64,000 nt of DNA from positions 1,184,001-1,248,000 of the forward strand of contig CAXXLF010000002.1 in NCBI GenBank assembly GCA_963664015.2, written 5' to 3'. Positions 51,196 through 60,618 of this stretch are shown here, piece by piece. The number at the start of each line of letters is the position of its first letter. Position 1 is the stretch's first letter. Made by a program: the position numbers and the translations under genes. Below the pieces are notes generated by a model that was not told the DNA's origin, searched no databases, and worked only from the letters and a program-made list of their open reading frames with translations. The stretch is from Candidatus Binatia bacterium (GTDB lineage: Bacteria > Desulfobacterota > Binatia > UBA9968 > CAXXLF01).

Positions 51196-52638
51196 TTATT
51201 GACTTCCGCTGAGCGATCGAATCAAATCGCCCCACTTCTCGGTTACCCGCCCACGCAGGTCACTGTCAAATTCCACACTCGGCGGGAAACGATCCTTCCA
51301 GGCAAAGGGTTTGGTAGCATCCACGATCGCCCGCGAGTTAAAGGGAGCCTCACCTTGGCGCACGAGCGGGTCAAGCGGACTGCTCCAGCAGTTGCGAATA
51401 ATATCGATATCTCGCTCCGGGTCGCAACGGGTTCCCATAGCCCATATGACCTCTCCCAGGTTGAAGGGATCGATATCCTCGTCCACCACGACGATGAAAC
51501 GGCTTACATATACGCCCCCCGGAAGCTGGCTGGCCAGGAGGGCGGTCTGCTTGGCGTGACCGGCAAAGCGCTGGCGGATCGAGATCACATTGAAAACGAC
51601 CCCGGCTCCCTCCTCATGACAACAAACCCCTCGAATGTCAGTGACTCCTCCATCCTCCAGTGCGTTCCAGAGCACGGATGAACGCATACGGGCCTGAGAA
51701 AAGGTAGCATCTTGCGGAGGTCTCCCGTTGGGAACCCCACAAATGATAGGACTTTCACGATGCATGAGTCGCTTGACCCGCATGACATATTCAGGGTGCG
51801 TGCCGCTGGCATAATAACCAAGAAATTCGGCGAAGGGACCTTCCGGCATCGTTTCGCCCGGGACGATCTCTCCTTCTACTGCTATCTCGGAATGGGCCGG
51901 AATTGGCAGACCGGTATAGCTCCCCTCCAGGATCTCGATCGGTCTCCCCTTTATCCCTCCTGCGTATTCAAGTTCCGAGACGCCGTAGCGCAAGTTAAGA
52001 GGGGCGGCGAGAAAAACCGCCGGGTCATGCCCGAAGGAAAGGGTTATGGGGCAGGGGGAGCCGCGCTCAAAGTATTTGTCACGGTTGATTCGGCCGTGCT
52101 TCCCAGGTGAGATATAGACGGTAAGACGCTGCCGGTCCTGGACCATGACACGATAGGTACCCATGTTGATGACGCCAGTATCCGGGTCACGGGTGAAGGC
52201 AATCGTCGCCGTCCCGATATAGCGCCCGCCATCGAGCTTATGCCATCGTGGGGAGGGAAATTTCCACATATCGATGGCCTCGTTTTCGTACACGTGATCA
52301 AGGACAGGGCCCGTTTTCACTACCTGTGGCGGCTCCATTTTCAGCGCTCGCAAGCGCCGGCGCCATTGTTCGACGAATTCCGATTCGGCTATATCCACGG
52401 GAAGCCCGGTTGTAAGGGCAAGCCGACGAACCGTGTTGAGAATTCCGGTCAGCACACGGTAACCCTGTGGATAGCCTTCGACCCTATCGAACAGGATCGC
52501 CGGAGGAACCTTGCTCTTCCTACGGATGATCTCCGTCAATGCACCGATCTCCAGGTCCCAATGGGCTCCGTCGATATTCGCTAATTCGCCATAGTTGTCT
52601 ACCGTAGCCAGCCAATCCCGTAGATCAGTGTAACTCAT
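51196..52638 (-). CDS. UbiD family (de)carboxylase
   Basis: YTDLRDWL, DGGRYIGT, NMGTYR, EGPFAEFLGY and VVVDEDIDP. Confidence 0.93.
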   Translation of the reverse strand: MSYTDLRDWLATVDNYGELANIDGAHWDLEIGALTEIIRRKSKVPPAILFDRVEGYPQGYRVLTGILNTVRRLALTTGLPVDIAESEFVEQWRRRLRALKMEPPQVVKTGPVLDHVYENEAIDMWKFPSPRWHKLDGGRYIGTATIAFTRDPDTGVINMGTYRVMVQDRQRLTVYISPGKHGRINRDKYFERGSPCPITLSFGHDPAVFLAAPLNLRYGVSELEYAGGIKGRPIEILEGSYTGLPIPAHSEIAVEGEIVPGETMPEGPFAEFLGYYASGTHPEYVMRVKRLMHRESPIICGVPNGRPPQDATFSQARMRSSVLWNALEDGGVTDIRGVCCHEEGAGVVFNVISIRQRFAGHAKQTALLASQLPGGVYVSRFIVVVDEDIDPFNLGEVIWAMGTRCDPERDIDIIRNCWSSPLDPLVRQGEAPFNSRAIVDATKPFAWKDRFPPSVEFDSDLRGRVTEKWGDLIRSLSGSQ

Positions 52639-52793
52639 TGATTATCCATCTCCTCCGCAAATGCCACCCACCTGACCGTAGAAATGCTTAAGTCCATAAG
52701 AGAATTCCCAAAACACTTTTGAGGGCACAGTATCGACTCTCTGCCTTAAGTGATTTTCGTCTATTTCACGCTTATATTACACCATTTCAAAGA

Positions 52794-53311
52794 TTGTCAA
52801 CCAACCTTGGACATGAGACTTCCGCAGGTTCCTCTGTCTTAGAATCTGTAAACACATATCTGCCGTTATAGTATGTGTTGCTCGACGTGCCTATTGTAGT
52901 GGTAAATGCGAATGCACTTCCAGCAGTCGAGTATCCAAGACAACTCGTCGTTTTTGAAACATCCACAATCCCTTGAATCGGATAACCTGATCCTCGCTAC
53001 GTCCGACTGCATACAAACTTGTTCTTCCTGTTTCCGTGGTCCGGTAAACGACGAATTTTGATCGTACCGATGCAGCATTACCTTGAAATTCAATCCGTAT
53101 ATTAGATACAAGATGTAGCCGCCTAGCTGTGTCAAGCACGTAGTTGGGGACCAGATTCATCCTTTTCACAAGCTCGTTCCTTGTGAGTTTCATTACGTAA
53201 TCGTCGATACCGCCGAGTTCTTTGCTTTCAAACAGCATCTCGTACTCTGATGTCGCAGTAAATAGGCCAGTCCATTCCCTGATTTGTCCTTCGTCGAGCA
53301 ACTGAGCGGCT
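52794..53311. repeat. 518-bp direct repeat, copy 2
   Basis: Matches 45424-45941. Confidence 0.95.
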
Positions 53312-53370
53312 CTAAAAAGCAACTCTTCTACAGCGCGATAGGGGGACAGGTCTGATCGTGTCTTTGCCAT
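52891..53370 (-). CDS. Aromatic ring-hydroxylating oxygenase beta subunit (NTF2 fold)
   Basis: LLFRAAQLLDE...WTGLF, RRLHLVSN, SKFVVYRT and FQKRRVVLD. Confidence 0.82.
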   Translation of the reverse strand: MAKTRSDLSPYRAVEELLFRAAQLLDEGQIREWTGLFTATSEYEMLFESKELGGIDDYVMKLTRNELVKRMNLVPNYVLDTARRLHLVSNIRIEFQGNAASVRSKFVVYRTTETGRTSLYAVGRSEDQVIRFKGLWMFQKRRVVLDTRLLEVHSHLPLQ

Positions 53371-53599
53371 GGTAAAACTTGCTAGGTTCAAGTGCGTACA
53401 GTTGACCCAGCGACTTATAGTTCTGATCCGCAGGCCGTGTCAAGGTCTAGTAAGCTGACGTTGGATTATACCAGGTGGCATTTTACTTTTTGATATATTA
53501 CAGTACTCAAGTTTTCACCTTTGGTACGTAGATTTGTTAGAGATTAAACACCTGGTGCCAGGGGGACTCAGTAGATATAGTATGAATGGAGGGCGTCTT

Positions 53600-54829
53600 A
53601 TGGGTGATCGGAGTCAAGGAATCGGACCCGAGAGGGTCCCTAATCTACCACGGACCCATTTCATTGATACTCGGATTTACACCGACCCAAACCTCTTCGA
53701 AGAGGAACGCTCAAGGATCTTTGCCAACGTTTGGAATTTTGTGGGTCATGAGAGTGAGATACCGAGGCCCGGGTGCTTCCGGACAGTGACCATCGCGGGT
53801 TTCCCCATACTGGTAGTTCGCCAAGAGGACGGTGGCGTCCGGGGTTTTTACAATATTTGCAGGCATCGTCAGGCACAGGTGGTGAGATCATGTAGTGGGC
53901 AGAGCAAGTCATTCCAGTGCTTCTATCATTTGTGGACCTATGGATTAGATGGACGGCTTTTGGGTGTCACGTTACCAGAGGGCTACAAGGATACAGGTTT
54001 CAACGTTGCTGATTTTGGATTGAGGGAGATCCGAGTGGAGTTGGTAGCGGGCTTAATCTTTGTATGTCTCAGTGACGAGACCGTAACTCTTCGGGAGTAT
54101 TTGGGTGAAGTTGCTTCGGTACTCGAAAAGTATGCGCCCCCTGAGGGGTTTGAGGTGTTTCACTACCACCAGGCAGAGATCAAGACCAATTGGAAGCTTT
54201 TTTTCGAGAACAATTCGGAAAGATATCATACGGCGCTACATTGGGCTCACAGAAACCGGGCGAATTGGGGTAAGCCCGGCGGACCTGCCGATGGGTGGAT
54301 ATTTGTGGGTAATGGCCACAATTATACCCCGTTTAATCGTGGAAAACACATGGGGCGAAGCAAGAATATTGGCCTTGAGGAAAGGGATCGATTTACTTTA
54401 CCGGGGCACCAGGGGAATGTTACGAGCTCTCATCATCTGTTCCCAGATGTGCTCCTAGTCACGATTTCAACAGTCCTAAGAATTGATCATCTCATACCTT
54501 TAAGTCCAGGTCGCACGTTAGTCGAGTGGCGCGGACTTGGAGTGAAAGGCGAGGCAGCGGATGTACGTGCTCTCCGAGTTAAACATCATAATGAGTTTTG
54601 GGGCTATTCAGGCTCTAATTTGCCCGAGGATATTACCGCTGCAGAATCCCAATGGCCAATGATGGCATCAGGAGCGGTAAGGTATAGTATCGTGGCGAGA
54701 GAAGGAAATGCCTTCAGCGACGAATCCTTGCGACACTACTATAAAGAGTGGAGTCGCCGTATGGGGCGGCAATATTGGGACCCCTTTGGAGAGATTGATG
54801 GCGCAGCTACAGTTGGGTCAGAAGTGTAA
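53600..54829 (+). CDS. Rieske aromatic ring-hydroxylating oxygenase alpha subunit
   Basis: NICRHR and CFYHLWTY Rieske ligands; NWKLFFENNSERYH..LH and ED mononuclear iron ligands. Confidence 0.92.
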   Translation: MGDRSQGIGPERVPNLPRTHFIDTRIYTDPNLFEEERSRIFANVWNFVGHESEIPRPGCFRTVTIAGFPILVVRQEDGGVRGFYNICRHRQAQVVRSCSGQSKSFQCFYHLWTYGLDGRLLGVTLPEGYKDTGFNVADFGLREIRVELVAGLIFVCLSDETVTLREYLGEVASVLEKYAPPEGFEVFHYHQAEIKTNWKLFFENNSERYHTALHWAHRNRANWGKPGGPADGWIFVGNGHNYTPFNRGKHMGRSKNIGLEERDRFTLPGHQGNVTSSHHLFPDVLLVTISTVLRIDHLIPLSPGRTLVEWRGLGVKGEAADVRALRVKHHNEFWGYSGSNLPEDITAAESQWPMMASGAVRYSIVAREGNAFSDESLRHYYKEWSRRMGRQYWDPFGEIDGAATVGSEV

Positions 54830-54911
54830 CTCAAAAATGACTTGGCTACTCTAACTCAAGTATTGAATCTCCATTCTTGTAGAGGCACGCTCGAGTGGGT
54901 TACGACCACCA

Positions 54912-55544
54912 CTACCAAAACTTCCACCAACTAGGTTTGTTCCTTCCACATCCCTTGTATTTCTTCTTCACACATTCACGGGCAAGTTTTTGTGCTTTTT
55001 CAAGTTGGGATGGAGTCATTTTATTCGCAATCCTATCTCTCAACTGCCCCGCTTGCTCACTTCCATTAGACGAAGCAAGGTTCCCCCACATATGGGCATA
55101 GACATAGTCCCGTAGAACACCTCGTCCTTGGAGGTACATCCCACTCAGAAATAACTGGGCATTAGCATACCCCTGTTCGGCAGCAAGTCTGTACCACTTC
55201 GCCGCAGTCTTATAGTCCGGGAGACCGCCTTGTCCAAGATAGTACATCAAACCCAGATTGAACTGAGCATCGGTATTCCCCTGTTCGGCAGCAAGTCTGT
55301 ACCACTTCAGTGCAGTTTCATAGTCCTGTGGAACACCTTCTCCGTTGCGGTACATAAAACCCAGATTGTACTGGGCATCGGCATCCCCCTGTTCAGCAAG
55401 AGGTGTCCATTCACGCAGAGCAGTTGCGTAGTCCCAACTCTGGTATGCAGTTAGACCCTTTGGGAAATCAGCACTCCACGACATCCCCGCACTTCCAAGA
55501 AGCACGGCAATCGTCAGGCAGAGTGTGGCGGTCAGGTTTTTCAT
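54912..55544 (-). CDS. Secreted Sel1-repeat protein D (3 repeats, GRNKPSWWKFW tail)
   Basis: Intact signal peptide, Sel1 units and conserved cap. Confidence 0.92.
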   Translation of the reverse strand: MKNLTATLCLTIAVLLGSAGMSWSADFPKGLTAYQSWDYATALREWTPLAEQGDADAQYNLGFMYRNGEGVPQDYETALKWYRLAAEQGNTDAQFNLGLMYYLGQGGLPDYKTAAKWYRLAAEQGYANAQLFLSGMYLQGRGVLRDYVYAHMWGNLASSNGSEQAGQLRDRIANKMTPSQLEKAQKLARECVKKKYKGCGRNKPSWWKFW

Positions 55545-55598
55545 AGGGAAAAGATTTACATAAAATGGGGATTTGGGGTAGTCAGAATTGAATTATAC

Positions 55599-56201
55599 TC
55601 AACACCCTTTGTATTTCTTACGTACGCATTCACGGGCAAGGTCTTGTGCTTTTTCAATTTGGGATGGAGTCATTTTCTTCGCAACAAAATCTCTCAACCC
55701 CCCCGCTCCCTCATATCCATTAGATACGGCAATGTTCGACCACATATGGGCATAGACATAGTCCTGTAAAACACCTTGTCCCTTGTAGTACATCACACCC
55801 AGATTGGACTGGGCATCGGCATCCCGCTGTTCAGCAGCAAGTCTGTACCACTTCAGTGTAGTCTTGTAGTCCTGTGGAACACCCTCTCCTTTGCCGTACA
55901 TCCAACCCAGACTGTTCTGGGCATCGGCATCCCCCTGTTCGGCAGCAAGTCTGTACCACTTCAATGCAGTTTCATAGTCCTGTGGGACACCTCGTCCTTC
56001 GTGGTACATCAAACCCAGATTGAACTGGGCCTTCGCATCCCCCTGTTCGGCAAGGGGTGTCCATTCACGCAGAGCAGTTGCGTAGTCTTTCTTTTCGTAA
56101 GCGACGAATCCTTTTTGATAGTCATCCGCGTGGGCCGTCACTCCCACGAGCAAGGCGATACCGAGGATTGCGAAAAACAGTTTATGGTGACTTTTGACCA
56201 T
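55599..56201 (-). CDS. Secreted Sel1-repeat protein E (3 repeats, different signal peptide)
   Basis: MVKSHHKLFFAILGIALLVGVTAHA leader fused to the family body. Confidence 0.9.
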   Translation of the reverse strand: MVKSHHKLFFAILGIALLVGVTAHADDYQKGFVAYEKKDYATALREWTPLAEQGDAKAQFNLGLMYHEGRGVPQDYETALKWYRLAAEQGDADAQNSLGWMYGKGEGVPQDYKTTLKWYRLAAEQRDADAQSNLGVMYYKGQGVLQDYVYAHMWSNIAVSNGYEGAGGLRDFVAKKMTPSQIEKAQDLARECVRKKYKGC

Positions 56202-56208
56202 TTCGCCA

Positions 56209-56288
56209 CCATCCTCCTACGTCACAGCCATGCTGTCAAATGCCGGGATTGACGTCCTATGGCTTAGCGTTATAATCCGCGCTGGGGG
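56209..56288. repeat. 80-bp direct repeat, copy 1, with divergent promoter-like signals
   Basis: Matches 61451-61530. Plus strand TTGACG-N16-TATAAT; minus strand TTGACA and AGGAGG. Confidence 0.85.
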
Positions 56289-56629
56289 CCTGCCCACCCC
56301 TAGCGCGAATAAATCCGCCTGGTGGCAATACATATTAGGGTAGGCCCGAAACAATTATCGATGTTGGAACAAATATTACGCAGAGGGCAAAAGAGAATGA
56401 GCAAAAACGCAAAATATGAAATCTCCAAAGTCACCCGGGGTTGCCCTGGTCCGCCCAATGATGCTTTCGGAAATCCGCCGCTAGTCGATCGTAGTTTGTC
56501 AATCTCTACGTACGAAAGTCGTTCTTCCCCCTCTTTCTGCCTTTTAAGATATGAAAATACTTGAGTGTTTCTCCATTGGTTTCCTTTGCTCGCACTTATA
56601 GTATATGCAAGAAACGGATAGGGTGTTGG

Positions 56630-59011
56630 ATGGATCAGATAACCTCTGCGAATTGCTGGAAAGACTTTGAGCAATCCCTTGAATCTCTCGGGGATAAGGA
56701 GAAAGGTGACGCATTTGAAGAACTGACCCACCTTCATCTTCTAACTGACCCAACGTTTTCCACCAAGCTTAAGAATGTTTGGCACCACTCCGTTGTTCCT
56801 CAGCTAATAGTCGACGAACTTGGGTTGCAACGACCTGAGATCGGTGTGGATCTTGTAGCACAAGACCGAGACGGCAAATACTGGGCAATTCAGTGCAAGT
56901 TTCATCAGGACAGAACTAGGAATGTTAGATATGAAGAACTAAACAGTTTCTTCAGTCTTACTGAACGGGATAAAACGTATCAAAAACTCTCTCATCGACT
57001 GGTATGTACCTCAGCAAATGGGGTCAGTCCTGCAGTCAATAAGGTGCATGGAGAAAAACTTGGTTATCTCACCTCCTTAGAATTCTCAAAACTCGGTCAG
57101 GAGGAGTTTGATGCCTTTAGAAAGTTTCTCGCCGGAGGTCATCCTGTACCGGAACCCAAGGTTCCACGAAAGCACCAAGGAGTTGCATTGGACAAATGCG
57201 AGACCTTCTTCAAAGACCCAAACAATACCCGTGGAAAACTTATTCACCCATGCGGGTCGGGTAAAAGTCTCATTGGATACTGGGCCTCTCAGAGACTGAA
57301 CGCAAAGACCGTCCTGATTGCCGTCCCTAGTCTTGCATTGGTTCGTCAGACGTTGGGTGATTGGACACGAGAGGCAGTAGCAAACGGAATCAATATGGAC
57401 TGGATCGCCGTTTGTAGTGATGATGATGTTTCGAATTCTGATGACCCTGCAATGCAATCTGTCGATCTTGGAATTGAAGTTGATACAGATCCAGAGATCA
57501 TTTCTAGTTTTCTTCGAAAACCATCAACAGGAACGAAGATAGTTATTACGACATACCAGAGCGCCCTTGCAGTTAGTGAGAGTGCCCAGAAGGCAGGGAC
57601 CGTATTCGACCTTGGTGTCTACGATGAAGCACATAAGACCGTTGGACAAAAAGACAAAGCATTCGCTCATCTTCTCTATGATAAGAATGTCGAGGTCAGG
57701 AAACGGGTTTTTATGACTGCTACAGAACGTCAGTTCCAAGGGAACTCTGACGAATACCTATCGATGAATGATGAAGGTATCTATGGAACGATTATTGATG
57801 AACTATCATTCAAGGCGGCGTTGGCACAAGATCCACCAATTGTCAGCGACTATAAGATCGTTTCAACGATTGTTACAGAATCAGAAATAAAAGAACTTAT
57901 AGATAATAACAAGTTTGTTAAATGCGATGGAAAAGAGTGGACGATTGAAGGTGATGCATCGACCTTAACGTCACTGATTGTACTTAGAAAATTGATCAGA
58001 GACCGTGATCTTAAACATGTTGTCTCCTTTCATAGCAGCATCAAACGATCCCGCGATTTTCAGAAACTTAATTCAGATTTTAATAAAGGGGATGGTACCT
58101 TTGATGATCTGACTTCTTTTCATGTTTCGGGGAAAGATAGTACCGGAATTCGAGCGCAGGAGCTTGAGCGGTTTGTAAATGTTGAACCGAGTTTGATTAC
58201 CAATGCACGGTGTTTAACGGAAGGTGTTGATGTTCCGGCAATTGATGCCGTTCTCTTTGCGGATCCAAAGCAGAGTAAAATTGATATTGTTCAGGCAGCG
58301 GGACGTGCATTGCGGAGATTCGATGGTAAGGACTTCGGGTATATCATCGTCCCCGTAGTTTTGGATGAAGAGTCAGAAGACCCAAGTGATGATGCCTTCA
58401 AGCAGATCATTACAGTAATATCTGCACTTGGGATGAGTGATGACCGGATCATTGATGAGTTTAGGACAATCGCAAATGGGGGGAATCCTGGTAAGGAAAG
58501 AATAAATGATATCGTTCTCCCTGAGATCTACCGAGCGAAGTTTGCGCACTTGATTTCAAATATTGGAATTCGAATCTGGGATCGTTTGAGTTTTGGTTGG
58601 GCAAAGGGGTTTGAAAAATTAAAGAGGTATGTGGAACAGAACGATAATCCCCGAGTTCACAACCGTTACACCGATGAGGATGGGTTCAAATTAGGTGGTT
58701 GGGTTAGCAATCGGCGCATGGAGTACAGAAAAGGAAAGTTGGCACGGGATCGTATTCAACAATTAGAATCGATTAAAGGTTGGGTCTGGGATCCGATCGA
58801 AGCGGACTTTCAAGAGGGTTTGGAGAAACTAAAGAGGTATGTGGAACAGAACGATAATCCCCGAGTTCCTACTAGTTACACCGATGAGGATGGGTTCAAA
58901 TTAGGTACTTGGATTAACAATCGGCGCATGGAGTACAAAAACGGACAGTTGGAACCGGATCGTATTCAACAATTAGAATCGATTAAAGGTTGGGTCTGGA
59001 AGTCGCGGTAG
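56630..59011 (+). CDS. Mrr-like nuclease - SF2 DEAH helicase - two helicase-associated (HA) domains
   Basis: GVDLVA..YWAIQCK, HPCGSGKS, DEAH, TATER, LTEGVDVP, QAAGRALR and two 70-aa W-rich repeats (210-bp duplication). Confidence 0.85.
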   Translation: MDQITSANCWKDFEQSLESLGDKEKGDAFEELTHLHLLTDPTFSTKLKNVWHHSVVPQLIVDELGLQRPEIGVDLVAQDRDGKYWAIQCKFHQDRTRNVRYEELNSFFSLTERDKTYQKLSHRLVCTSANGVSPAVNKVHGEKLGYLTSLEFSKLGQEEFDAFRKFLAGGHPVPEPKVPRKHQGVALDKCETFFKDPNNTRGKLIHPCGSGKSLIGYWASQRLNAKTVLIAVPSLALVRQTLGDWTREAVANGINMDWIAVCSDDDVSNSDDPAMQSVDLGIEVDTDPEIISSFLRKPSTGTKIVITTYQSALAVSESAQKAGTVFDLGVYDEAHKTVGQKDKAFAHLLYDKNVEVRKRVFMTATERQFQGNSDEYLSMNDEGIYGTIIDELSFKAALAQDPPIVSDYKIVSTIVTESEIKELIDNNKFVKCDGKEWTIEGDASTLTSLIVLRKLIRDRDLKHVVSFHSSIKRSRDFQKLNSDFNKGDGTFDDLTSFHVSGKDSTGIRAQELERFVNVEPSLITNARCLTEGVDVPAIDAVLFADPKQSKIDIVQAAGRALRRFDGKDFGYIIVPVVLDEESEDPSDDAFKQIITVISALGMSDDRIIDEFRTIANGGNPGKERINDIVLPEIYRAKFAHLISNIGIRIWDRLSFGWAKGFEKLKRYVEQNDNPRVHNRYTDEDGFKLGGWVSNRRMEYRKGKLARDRIQQLESIKGWVWDPIEADFQEGLEKLKRYVEQNDNPRVPTSYTDEDGFKLGTWINNRRMEYKNGQLEPDRIQQLESIKGWVWKSR

Positions 59012-59203
59012 GCATCCAATCCTAATGAAAGTCTCAGACACCCAAGAGTTCGTTAGGAGAATATTCTATTCCCACAGCGAATAGGTTAATGCGTACTTGG
59101 GTGACTTTAGACGCTACAAACGCAATGCCAACTAGCAAATACGCTATAAGTGCGACGCCATAGATTGAACCAGTTAGAAACCACTCCAAAATACCCTGCA
59201 AGC

Positions 59204-59694
59204 TCAACACCCTTTGTATTTCTTACGGACGCATTCACGGGCAAGTTTATGTGCTTCAGCGATTTGGGCAGGGGTCATCAGTTTCGCAATAATGTCTCTG
59301 TTTTTGGATGCGCTCTTAGATTTCCCAGATGATGCGGCAATATTCGTCCACATATGGGCATAGACATAGTCCTGTGGAAGACCTTGTCCTTCTTTATACA
59401 TCCAACCCAGATTGAGCTGGGCAACGGCAATTCCCTGTTCGGCAGCCAGTCTGTACCACTTCACCGCAGTCTTATAGTCCTGGAGAACACCTAGTCCTTC
59501 ATCGTACATCCAACCCAGATTGTACTGGGCCTTGGCACCCCCCTGTTCGGCAGCCAGTCTGTACCACTTCACCGCAGCCTTATAATTCTGTCGAATGCGG
59601 CACGTCCCTTCTGGAAGTCAGCACTCCACGACATCCCCGCACTTCCAAGAAGCACGGCAAGGGTCAGGCAGATGGTGGCGGTCAGGTTTCTCAT
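59204..59694 (-). pseudogene. Sel1-repeat gene F with an out-of-frame internal deletion at ~59590
   Basis: MRNLTATICLTLAVLLGSAGMSWSADFQKGRAAFD is joined out of frame to QNYKAAVKWYRL...; two repeats and the cap remain. Confidence 0.85.
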
Positions 59695-59748
59695 AGGGGA
59701 AAGAGTTACATAGAATGGGGGATTTGGGTAGACAGAATGGAATTCTAC

Positions 59749-60564
59749 TCAACACCCCTTGTAGTTTTTCTTCACGCAATCACGGGCAAGGTCTTGTGCT
59801 TTTTCAAGTTGGGATGGGGTCATTTTCTTCGCAACCAAATCTCTCAACTCCCCCCCTCTCTCATATCCATTAGATGAAGCAAGGTTCCCCCACATATGAG
59901 CATAGACAGAGTCCAGTGGAACACCTAGTCCTTGGTGGTACATCACACCCAGATTGAACTGGGCAGTGGCATATCCCTGTTCGGCTGCAAGTCTGTACCA
60001 CTTCACCGCAGTCTTATAGTCCTGTGGAACACCTTCTCCCCTGCGGTACATCAAACCCAGATTGTTCTGGGCCTTGGCATGTCCCTGTCCGGCAGCAAGT
60101 CTGTACCACTTCACCGCAGTCTTATAGTCCTGTGGAACACCTTCTCCATTATCGTACATCAAACCCAGATTGTACTGGGCATTGGCAAATCCCTGTTTGG
60201 CAGCAAGTGTCCACCACTTCACCGCAGTCTTATAGTCCTGTATAACACCTTGTCCCTTGTAGTACATCACACCCAGACTGTACTGGGCAGAGGCCTGCCC
60301 CTGTTCGGCAGCAAGTCGGTACCACTCCACCGCAGTCTCATAGTCCTGTGGAACACCCTCTCCTTTGTCGTACATCAAACCCAGAAAGAGCTGGGCAGCG
60401 GCATCTCCCTGCTCGGCAAGGGGTGTCCATTCACGCAGAGCAGTTGCGTAGTCGCCACTATCGTATGCGGTAACTCCCTTTTGTAAATCAGCACTCCAAC
60501 TCACCCCCGTACTTCCAAGAAACACGGCAATCGTCAGGCAGATGGTGGCGGTCAGGTTTCTCAT
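59749..60564 (-). CDS. Secreted Sel1-repeat protein G (5 repeats)
   Basis: Intact signal peptide, five units and ARDCVKKNYKGC. Confidence 0.93.
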   Translation of the reverse strand: MRNLTATICLTIAVFLGSTGVSWSADLQKGVTAYDSGDYATALREWTPLAEQGDAAAQLFLGLMYDKGEGVPQDYETAVEWYRLAAEQGQASAQYSLGVMYYKGQGVIQDYKTAVKWWTLAAKQGFANAQYNLGLMYDNGEGVPQDYKTAVKWYRLAAGQGHAKAQNNLGLMYRRGEGVPQDYKTAVKWYRLAAEQGYATAQFNLGVMYHQGLGVPLDSVYAHMWGNLASSNGYERGGELRDLVAKKMTPSQLEKAQDLARDCVKKNYKGC

Positions 60565-60618
60565 CGGGAAAAGAGTTACATAGAATGGGGGATTTGGGTA
60601 GTCAGGATGGAGTTCTAC

